Below, in pieces: positions 5,305-17,300 of a stretch of 32,010 nt of DNA. Position numbers and translations under genes: made by a program. The notes beneath the pieces are model-generated. The model searched no databases. It was not told the DNA's origin and saw nothing but the letters and a program-made list of their open reading frames with translations. The stretch is from the IMG/VR virus record IMGVR_UViG_3300030098_004861, positions 1 through 32,010 of that record; one strand, written 5' to 3'. The DNA comes from a virus. Taxonomy: Duplodnaviria > Caudoviricetes. Numbering within the stretch: the first letter of the stretch is position 1; every line of letters begins with the position of its first letter.

Positions 5305-8300
5305 ATGATATCAACCGATTTAACAAGAGTTCAAATACAAAGTATAGTTGAGTCTCAACTTCCATCTTTTGTACAAACTGATTTCCCATTATTGGGGGAA
5401 TTTCTACAGCAGTACTATACTTCTCAGGAAGCTCCTACTGCTTCTGCTGATGTTTTACAAAATATAGATGAATATGTTAAGTTAGTTACTTTAACTACTA
5501 ATTCTGATAGTACTATATTAAGAACTGATATTAATCAGGGAACTACTGAAATACCCGCATCTTTTGATTTATCACAGGGGATTATTGGTACATATCAATT
5601 TCCTGAAAGATTTGGTTTGATTAAAATAGATGATGAAATAATTTTATATAAAGAAAAAACAAGTAATGCTTTTAAAGGATGTATTAGAGGATTTAGTGGA
5701 GTAACGGCATATAATTCACTTCATAGTGACCAATTAACTTTTTCAGAGTCAAATATTCAAAAGCATGTAGTTGGTGCAAAAATAATAAATTTAAGTGCAT
5801 TATTATTTGCTAGATTTTTAATTAAAATTAAAGGTTTATATTCTCCTGGTTTTGAAAATAGACAATTGGATGAAGATTTAAATCAAAGACTTTTTATTTC
5901 TAGAGTTAGAGATTTTTATCAATCAAAAGGAAGTGATGAATCCTTTAGAATCCTTTTTGGTGCTTTATATGGAGAACAATGTGAAATAATAAGACCAAGG
6001 GAATTTCTTTTTAGACCATCTGATGCTGATTATAGACTTGGTAAAAATATGGTTGTTGAATCTCTATCTGGAGATCCTTCCAAACTGTTAAATTGCACTT
6101 TATTCCAAGATGCATATCCAAATTACGGAATAAGGAAAGCTTTTGCTCCAATTGCCGATATTGAGAAAATATTAGATAATAATAAGGAATTTTATCAATT
6201 TTCAACTGATTATGGATATTCTGCAGATATCTCTCTACGGGGAAGTGTTTATGGAGAATTTTCTGCTCATCCTATTACTAAAATAGTAACACAAGTTTCA
6301 GGTGGTTCAAGTGTTATTGATGTAGATTCAACAATTGGGTTTCCTGCAACAGGGGAATTAGTAACAACTTATGATTCAGGTATTACTGGTATATTAACAT
6401 ATCGTTCTAAGTCTATTAACCAGTTTTATGGAGTAGGAGTAGCTAATACTAGTGTTATTGGTATTGGTAGTGAAGATTCTATTGCTTTAAAGAAGGATAT
6501 TAGATTAAATGTTCATGCATATGCATATGTGGGCATAGGAACAACGACTAAAGTAGATGTAAGAATCGGAAATGTTCTTTCGCAACCTGTCATTAGCAAA
6601 GACACTTATTATTATGATAAAAATGATGTTGCAAAAGTAGAAAGTTTAGGAATTACTACATCTGGACCAAAAGTAGATAATTGGTTCTATAATTTAGCTA
6701 TAAAGTATGATATAGAATCAGTAACGTTAGTAGATGAATCAGACTTTACTTATAATATTGTAACTCAAGATAAAAATAATTTAAAAGTTGGTGATAAAGT
6801 TGTTATTACCGATACTCAAGGAAGTACACAAGATTCTTCAGTTGTGGAACTTATAAGTGAATATAGTTTTTCAGTTAAAGGTCAAGGTCGTATTGTTAGT
6901 GCTAGTTCTACTATTGAGAGAAAAATTTTAAGAAGTAACGTTGATGTTAATCTTGAAGATTATCAATATATTGATGATTATCTTTCAAATGTTCAAAATG
7001 TTTATTTAAAGTTTAATAACGATCTTTTAGTTGCTTCTTCTTCCATTCCAAATTATGAAAATGCTCCTTTAGACTTTAATGATAGAAAACTTACTTTAAC
7101 TGGTAGTTATAATGGGGATACCTTTAGTTTCTTGGATATAGAGGATCATGGTTATTATACTGGAGATGCAGTTTATTATGATTCTTTTGTTACTGAAGAA
7201 GAGGATTTTTTAGGAAATAAGGTTCAAACTACGAGTAAGTTCCCTCAGATAGATCCTGGAGTTTTCTATGTGAAGAGAGTTAACTCTAACCAATTAAAAC
7301 TTTCTTCGAGTAGAACTAATATCGATAATGAGCAATTTATTTCAGTATCGGGTATTGTTACATCCAATACTTTAAGACCTTTTGATTTTCAAGGTAAAAA
7401 AGTAGATAATCAGTTATTACTCCGAGAAATAAAGTCTCCTAACCCTAAAGCTGGTAAGTTTATAACTGAACCAGGCAATAGAACAGGTATATTAGTTAAT
7501 GGTGTTGAAATTTTAAATTATAAAGCAAAAGATACTGTTTATTATGGAACTATTGAAAAAATTGATGTAACTTCTTCAGGAAGGAATTATGATGTTATTA
7601 ATCCTCCACTTTTACATTTGGAAGATAATGTAGGTTCAGGTGCAACAGGTATATGTGCAGTTAAAGGTACTTTAAGTGAAATTGATGTTGAGGATAGTGG
7701 ATATGATTATACTTCCGATCCTATTGTTACTATAACAGGTGGTAATGGTACAGGTGCTCAAGCCTTTAGTAATACTATATTTAAGCATCATAATGTTGAG
7801 TTTAATGCGATTGGTTTAGGTACAAATAGGTCTGATAGGGTTATTTTAGAGAATGACACAATAGGATTTTCTACATTTCATAAATTTAAAAATGGTGAAA
7901 AGGTAATTTATAAAACAAATGGTGGAGTTGCTGTAGGTGGACTTTCTACCGATTCAATTTATTATGCACATACAGTAGGTGTATCTACAATCAAACTTTA
8001 TACTAATTCAACAGAAGCTATTAAGGCAGGTGTAAATACTGTTTCTTTAACAAATTTTGGTGAAGGAGTTCATGAATTTCAAACATTTGAAAAGAAAAGA
8101 ATTATTTCTAGTATTTCAGTTGTAAACAGTGGATCTGGATATGAGAATAAGAAAAGAGTTATAATTTCAGATGCAGGAATTAGCAGTTCTCTTAACCAGA
8201 TATACATTGAGGATCATGGGTATAAATCAGGAGAAATTCTCAATTATTCCTTTACTGGACCTAAAAAGGACTGTATTGGGGGTATAACTTCAAATACTGA

Positions 8301-11300
8301 TTATTATGTTACTGCTGTGGATGAGGATAATTTTAAATTGTCCAGTGTAGGAGTAGGAACTACTGCAAAAGATCATTATTATAATACAAAGCAATATATT
8401 GGATTTTCTTCAGTTGGATTAGGTACAGGAGAGCATTCATTCAATTATCAACCCATAACAGTAACCTTAAGTGGTCAAATTGGTGTTGTTACAGCTAGTG
8501 GCCAAGATTTTAGTGCTAAAATTCAACCTTTATTTAGAGGATCTATTGATTCGGTACAAATTACTAATTTTGGTTCTGAATATGGATCAGCAGATATTTT
8601 AAATTATGATAATCAACCTTTATTTGATCTAAAAGCAGGAACTAATGCAGAGGTTAGCGTAGTTATTGATAATGGGAGACTTAAAGAAGCTGTAGTAACT
8701 AATGAAGGATTTGGGTATGATGCTCCACCTACGTTAACTATCTTTAGTGATGGATCTGGTAGTTATGGAAAATTAGTTCCTGTTGTCCGTGATGGTAAAT
8801 TAGTAGATGTTAGAATAGCTAATGCTGGAATTGGATATACAGGTAATATTATTGTGGGAATTAGACCAAGTGGTTTAAATGCTCAATTTAGAGCTCGTAT
8901 TAAAACATGGACTGTTAATTTATTCCATAAGTATCTAGATATCATTTCTGTTGATGATGGAATTTTAGATCCATCTCCATCTCCAAATCTAGGCATACAA
9001 TATACCCATTTATATACACCTAGAAAATTAAGAGAATCGGTATATGTAAGAAACCAAAATAATGATGTAAAATATGGTCTTTTTGATTTAGAGAAAGTTA
9101 ATGATCAGGAAGTCGCTACAGAGTACCATTCTCCGATTGTAGGGTGGTCTTATGATGGATACCCCATATATGGTCCTTATGGATATACAAAGCGTGATGG
9201 GGGCATTGTAAGGGCAATGAAGTCAGGATATAAACTAACAACCTTATCTAATAGACCTTCTATATCCGATTTTCCTCAAGGATTTTTTGTTGAAGATTAT
9301 GTATTTGATGATTCAGGAGATTTAGACGAGCATAATGGTCGTTTTTGTGTAACACCTGATTATCCAAATGGTACGTATGCTTATTTTACTACCATTAATC
9401 CTACTCTTATTGAAAACTCAGGACCATTTAATAAGTATAGAATTCCTGAATTTCCATATTTGATTGGAAATACTTTTAAAGGAGAACCCAATCCATTTAA
9501 TGCTGATTTAAAATCAAATCAAATAGATTATAATTTAGAGAATACAGAATGGTTTAGAAATACTACTCCATATTCTTTAAATCAAAATAGTTCTTATTAT
9601 GATTTCTTATTCCAACCTACTAAAGATCATGATTTTAATGTAAATGTAACTAATGTTTCTGTAGGTGATATTCAGTCTGTTGGTATTTTAACAGGGGGAA
9701 TAAATTATCAAGTTAATGATAAAATACTTTTTGAACCTTTAAGAGGAGCTCAAGAAGCTAAAGCTAAAGTTTCTGCAGTTGAAGGAGTAAATGTTACTAA
9801 TGTTAGCGTTGCTTCTAGTACAATTTCTGAATTAGAGATTATTCCTTTTGATGCGAGTGGAAAATATGTCGCTATTTCTACTTCACCTCATAATTTTATC
9901 AATAATGATTTGGTATCTCTTTCAGGATTTAATACTTCAATTAGTTCTCTGCAAGGAGGATTTAGAATTGGTGTTAGAACAGAATCACTTTCATTAACAG
10001 GGGGAGTAAGTACTACAGGAGTGACTGGTATAGTTACTTACTTTAAGGTTGCTGGCTCTTTAGGTGTTGATTTATTATCAATTGGAGAAAATGATATTCT
10101 TGGAATTGGTACAGAAAAAGTAAAAGTATTAGCAGTTGATGAAAAGAATTCAAGATTAAGAGTATTAAGAGCTCAAAATGGAACTATATCTGTTGCCCAT
10201 ACAGCAACTTCAATTATAACTGAAGATTCTAGAAAATTTACTTTTGATACCAAACCTCAAAATGACATAACATTTGAATCTACTGAAGAAATTTATTTTG
10301 AACCTAAAGAAGCAGTAGGCCTAGGTACTCTTACTGGAGTGGGAATAGGAACAACTATTTTCTTCTCTAATCCTGGTGCAGGAATAACACAAGTTTATAT
10401 TCCATCACAATCTATTTTCTTACCTGATCATGAATTAAATACTGGCGATCTTTTAAGTTATAGAACTAATAGTGGGGATCCTATTGGAGTTTCTACTGAT
10501 GGTACTACTTCCTTTAATTTACCAAATGAATCTAGAGTATATGTTGGAAAAATTTCCAACAATCTTATTGGAATATCTACATTTAGAGTTGGACTTGGAT
10601 CTACTGGTACTTTTGTAGGTATTGCCAGCACTAATAAGTCTGGAGGGCTATTAAGGTTTACTGGATTGGGAACAGGAGTATATCATAGTTTTAAAACTAT
10701 AAAAGATTTTGTTGTTACGGGAGAATCAACTAAGAATGTAGTTACAGTAGCTACTGCGTCTACTCACGGTTTATCATTGGATGATGAAATAATAATGGAT
10801 ACACAACCAGGTATCCATACGAATATCGTAGTAAAATATAATGATTTTAATAGAAGAATGGTCTTTGATCCAAAATCATTCGTTGCAGGGGATGTTGATG
10901 TCATTAATAATACAATTACTATTACTAATCATGGATTAAATGACGGTGATAAAGTAATTCATACAGCATCTACCTCTTCAGGAGGATTAGAGGATGAGAA
11001 AATTTATTATATTGTTAGACAATCTAAGAATAAAGTAAAACTTTCTTTAAGTAGATTTGAATCTTTAGAATTTACTCCCGAAGTAGTTAATATATCATCT
11101 GCTTCTGCAGGTACTCTTTCTCCTATTAATCCATCTTTAGATTTTTATAAAACTAATACAGTTAAGTTTAATTTATCAGATCCTTCTTTATGTTCTTTTG
11201 TTGGATTAGCTTCTTATTCAGCATTTAACTTAGATTTATATACTGATAGGGATTTTGAAGATGTATTTTATTCCACTCGTACAACTAATACATTTGAAGT

Positions 11301-14300
11301 ATCTAAGACTGGCACAGTAGGAATTTCTACAGATGCAGGTCTGACACTTGTAGTTAATGATGATCTTCCTGAAGCATTATTTTATAAATTTACTCCAGTA
11401 CAGGGAGATACAATTTCGGATATTAAAAAAGAACTTATTATTGATAAAGAAGTGGTTGGGTATAATCAGATAGATGTAAAAGATAGTGCTTATTCTGGAT
11501 CTTTTGCTATCACTGGTATTGGTACTACAACTACTTTTACCTATAATGTATTATCTGATTTAGAGAAAGGTTCTTATAGTCTCTCTGAAGCAGCATTAAA
11601 GTATTCTACCAGTTCTACCGCAGCTTATGGTCCTATAGCAAATATTGCAATACAGTCTAAGGGTAATTATTATTCTGAAACTGTAGGAGTATCTTCTATT
11701 GTATCAGGTATAGGTACTGGGGCTATTCTTGAATCTAGTAGTGATACTATTGGAAAAATTAATTCGACTCAAATTCAGAATATTGGATTTGATTTCCCTA
11801 CTGATACTACATTAAGACCTGTTCTTAATTTATCAGAGGTTCTTGTAATGGAACCATTAAATTCCTTAAGTCAAGTAGGAATTACTTCTGTAGGTAAGAA
11901 TTATACAATAGCTCCTAATTTAGTTGTATTAGATGGATTAACGAAAAAAGAAGTTAAAGATGCTCATTTAACCTATAAGGTAGGTGATACTAAAGTAACT
12001 ATTCTTGAAAATACTAAGAGTATTAATGATATTACACCAATTATTATACCCACATCTAATGTAAATGGTATTGAGATAAAGACTATATCTTATGATATGT
12101 CTACTAAAAATGTTACTGTTGGATTAAATACTGCCTTTAGTGAGGATGCTCCATTAGTTGTAGGAGATAAAGTTTTAATTGAAAATGTAAGTGTTGGAGT
12201 AGGAACTACAGGAACTGGATTTAATTCACTTAATTATGAATATTCATTATTCCCTCTTACTGATGTTAATATTCCATTAGGTGGAGGTGTTGGAGTTGTT
12301 ACTTATAGTTTAGATGGATATTTGAGAGAAGGAGAATTTCCTGGTAATTTTGATGTATTAAATTCAGCTGGAATAATTGTTCCTGAAAAGTATTTTCCTA
12401 AATTTGATATTAAATTAAAGAAAAATAATTTCCTACGGGGAGAAGAAGTTCAGTGCGAAGAAAAATTTGGTGTAGTAGAAAGTTGGAACAATCGTATTGA
12501 ATTATTAAAATTATCATCAGCTACTGAATTTGATGTTGGAGATATTATTGTAGGAAGAACTTCAAATACCCAAGGAACAATTAAATCTAAGATTGATTTT
12601 AATGCAGAAGTTAAAGTTGCTGCAGGATCTATTGTTGCTAATGGATGGATGAAAGATACTGGATTTTTAAATAATAGTCTTGAAAGATTACCTGACAATA
12701 ACTACTACCAGTATTTTTCATATTCCATTAAATCTAAAGTGGATATGGAAGTTTGGGATGAGGCTGTAAGTACTCTTAATCATCCTTCAGGATTCCTGAA
12801 ATTTAGTGATATGATTATAGAGTCTACACAGGAAAAAGAGAAGTCTATTATTGCTAATGATAGTGATTTGGTTGCATTTTTAAATTTAGATAGTGAAATA
12901 AAAATAGATACTTATCCTAGTTTTGATTTAATTACAGAAAATTCTTTGAGTATTAATGATGATAGATTAGCATCTAATCAAATTTTCTTTAATTCAAGAA
13001 TATTAACTGATTTCTTTGAATCTGTGGGTAATAGAGTTCTTGTTATTGATGATATTAGTTCACAATTTAATAGCGAACCAAGATCAACAAGATTTGGTGT
13101 TGCTGACAGTTTTGATATTGAACAAACTTATAAAAAATTCTTTACTCTTGTTAAGGATAAGACTTTTACTGGAGAACGTCAATGTATGTTCGTTAGTCTT
13201 TTACATAATGGGGCTAGTGGATTTATGAATCAATATGGTCGAGTTGAGAGTGTAAGTGATCTGGGAAGTTTTGATTTTGATGTTAGTGGTAATCAAGGAA
13301 GACTTCTTTTCTATCCAACAAAATATCAAGTTAATGATTATAATATAAGTGCAGTTAGTTTTGATATTGTTGGTCTCAGTACAGTTGCAGGAGTAGGATC
13401 CACTGCTTTAGGAAGTTCTGTTGATATTAAATCAACTCAAGTATCTGTTGCTGAAGGAACTACTACCACTCTTGTTAGTATTGGTTCTACCTATAGAAGT
13501 GCAAAGATTCTAGTTCAAATTGATTCTGATAATGGACTGAGGGAAGTTGATGAATTAAATATCCTTCATGATGGTACAACAGTAGAACTTTTAGAGTATG
13601 GTCAAGTAACAACGGTATTTGATGAAGATTATAGTGGAACAGGATTAGGAACTTATATTGCATCAATGTCAAGTGGTCCTCTTAATATTGATTTTGTTCC
13701 TAATGCAGGGGTTGCTTGTACAGTAGATACTTTGACTATTGCTATGGCAGCTGCTAATACGGGAGCTGGTGGAACTGGTATTGGAACTGTATATCTTGGT
13801 GATGGTATTTTTGATACTGCATTTGTAGATTCAGCATTTACTGCAATTCCATCTTCATCTTCCCCACTCGCACATAAGATTGCTGAATATGAAATTAATA
13901 ATGACTCGGCAATTAATGATCATAATGCTGCATATTATTTACTTAGTGTAGAAGATACAACTAATAATGTTTATGAAGTGTCTGAAGTAATTGTCTTAAA
14001 CGATAGTTCTGAAGCATATATTACAGAGTATGCAAGCATTCTTAGTGCTGGTACAGGAATAGGAACTGTAGGAGCTGCAGTTTCAACTTCTACTTCTCAT
14101 ACTCAGTTAATGTATACTCCGAATGCAGGTATTGCTGCATCAGTTCGTGTATTCCAAATGGGTCTGGAGATTGCTGCTAGAAATGATGACAGAGATACTG
14201 TTAATAAGATAGATTTAAATAATGCTTCTATCAGTGTAGGATATGGAGATTATACTGGTACAGAAACAGATGTTCTTAGGGCATTTAATTTACAACATGA

Positions 14301-17300
14301 TGGAAGAAATATTTTCCAAAGAGAATTTGATGGTAGTGATTCAACAATTGTTAATTTAACTAAGAATACTGTTACAATTCCAGAGCATTTCTATGTTACT
14401 GGTGAAGAAGTTCAATATTCTTATGATGTGGAAGAGGGAAGTCCAATTGGAATTGCTACTACTACTATCTCTGGATATGGATCTACTGATCTTTTACCAT
14501 CAACAACTTACGTTGTTAAAATTGATGAACGTACTATTAAGTTTGCTAAGAGTGCAGAAGATGCATTAAAAGCTGTTCCAAATATCTTACATTTATCATC
14601 AGTTGGTGCTGGTGCTGCACATACGATAACAGCACAAGATCAAAATACAAAATGTTTAATTGCTCTTGATAATGCGATTCAATCTCCTATTGTTGCAACT
14701 GCTGTTACTACAGGAATATCTACTGAATTAGCATTCGGTTCAAAGGTTCTTGAAACTATTGGTGTAACTTCATTCTTTAGTGGTGACTTGATTAGGATTA
14801 GTGAAGAAATAATGAAGATTAATACTGTGGGGTTTGGAGCTACCAATAATATTCTAGTAGATCGGGGTTGGATGGGAACTAATATTGGAGTTCATACTGC
14901 AAATTCAATTGTAAGTAAAATTCAAGGTTCTTATAATATTATTGATAATACAATTAACTTTATTACTGCACCTCAAGGACCTACTCCTATGAGTTCTACA
15001 ACAAATCCTCCTGAGAGTAGAGATTGGGTAGGAATAACAACATTCTCAATGTTCCAAGGAAGATCATTCATGAGATCTGCAGCTGAAGATAGTGCAAATA
15101 GACCTTACATAGAGAACGTTGTTTTTGATGATATTTCTGATGAATTTAATGGTATTGGAAAAACATTTACTCTGACATCAGATCAAGCAAACGTTGGTGG
15201 ATTCTCTACTGCAAACTGTACTGTTCTTATAAATGGTGTATTCCAAGGACCAACAGGAACATTAGCAGTAGATCAAGATTATACTTTATCTGAGGGTCTT
15301 ACTGGTATTAGTAGTATTACTTTCACAGGAACAGCCACATCCGAAGCCTATGACCCTAATAGCGGTTCTATTCCTGTCAGGGGTATGATTGTATCAGTGG
15401 GTTCAACTAACGGTTTAGGATACCAACCTCTTGTTGCTGCTGGTGGAACTGCTATTATCTCTGCGGCTGGTACAATTACTTCAATTAGTATTGGTAATAG
15501 TGGATCTGGTTATAGAACAGGAGTTCAAACTACTGTTAATGTAGGTCTTCAAACTTTAAGCACAGGAGTTCCTAATATTGAGTTTATTGGTACTGCTGCT
15601 ATAAGTGGAGGTCATATCGTCAGTATTGCAATTACTAATCCAGGTACTGGTTATACAGCAACCAATCCACCAGATGTAATTATTGATGATCCACTTTCAT
15701 ATTCTAATCTTCCATTAATTTATAGTTCTGAGTCTACTGGTATAGGGACTCAAGCAACTGTTGATATAGTAGTGGGGCAAGGTTCGAGTGTTATTAATTT
15801 TGAAATAAAAAATACTGGATATAGTTATGATAATGGTCAAGTTTTAACTATCCCTAAAATGGGAACTACTGGTATTCCTACTGATCCTAATGTTACATTT
15901 GAAGAATTCCAAATTACTATAGAAGAAACTCAGTCAGATCAGTTCAGTGCATGGTTCTTTGGTGAACTTGAAGTATTAGATAAGATTACTAGTGAGTTTA
16001 ATGGTTCTCAAAGAGCATTTACTTTAAAGAAAGGTGGAGTACCTGTTACTATTAGAGCAAAGGAAGGATCAAGTATTGATGTTCAAGCAGCATTATTAGT
16101 CTTTGTAAATGATGTTTTACAGGTTCCTGGTGAAGGATATACATTTGAGAATGGTAGTGTCTTGACTTTCTCTGAAGCACCTAAAGGAGCAAATCCTGAT
16201 GGAACATTTGATGGTGATACTTGTAAGATTCTCTTCTATAAAGGAAGTGGTGATATTGATGTTACATTTACAGATATTTTAGAAACTGTTAAGGAAGGTG
16301 ATCTTCTTGAAGTTCAAGGTGATGCTAATTTATGTGCAAGATCTTTACTTCAAGATGACAGATTAGTGACTGATGTTGTTTCAACTGATATTGTTGATAC
16401 AAATGCATATGTAGGTGTTGGTATTAACGGTAATCCAGATTGTGAAAGAACAGTTAATTGGACTAAACAGGAAACTGATAAAATTATTGATGGACAAATC
16501 ATAAGTAAAGCAAGACCAGAATTGGAAGCTTTAGTTAATCCCACCACAGTTATTATTCAATCTGTTGGTATTGCATCAACTATTGTATATGTAGAAAGTA
16601 TAAGACCATTCTTTGATCCTGATAATGAATCCCAAACAACTGCTAAGACTCAAAAGATTTCTATAACATCTCAAAATAATCTCGTAGCAGCTGCTGCAAC
16701 TGCTGTTGTTTCTCTTGCTAATACAATATCTTCAGTTGTTGTGAGTTACGGAGGAACAGGATATACTTCTGCTCCTGATGTGATTATTGCTACTGCTGTT
16801 GGTTTAGGAACTACTACACGAGCATCTGCTTCATCTACACTTACTGGAGATGCAGTTTCTGCAATAACAGTTACTTCTCCTGGTACTGGTTATACTATTA
16901 CCACTCCACCTGAAGTTCTTATTGAAGTTCCATCAGCAACAAATGAAGTTAATGAATCAGATACATATCAAGGTGATTTTGGAATAATTGTGGGAATTGC
17001 TACTACTACGGTAGGTGTTGCATCTACTGGTGTTGTGTTTGATTTATATATTCCGACTGATTCATTCATGAGAGATGCTACTGTAACAGGAACTGCTGTT
17101 ACTATAAGTGGTATTCAAACTGGATATTACTTTACAGTTTCTAATAGTAATATTGGAAATGGTTTAACATCTATATATCAAAATGGATCTGTGATAGGTA
17201 TAGGAACTACCTTTATAGATAATGTGTATGAAGTGGCTGCAGTTTCGGTTGCAGAAACTTCTACTCCTGGTATTGCTAATACTTATGTTGCGAGAGTAAC

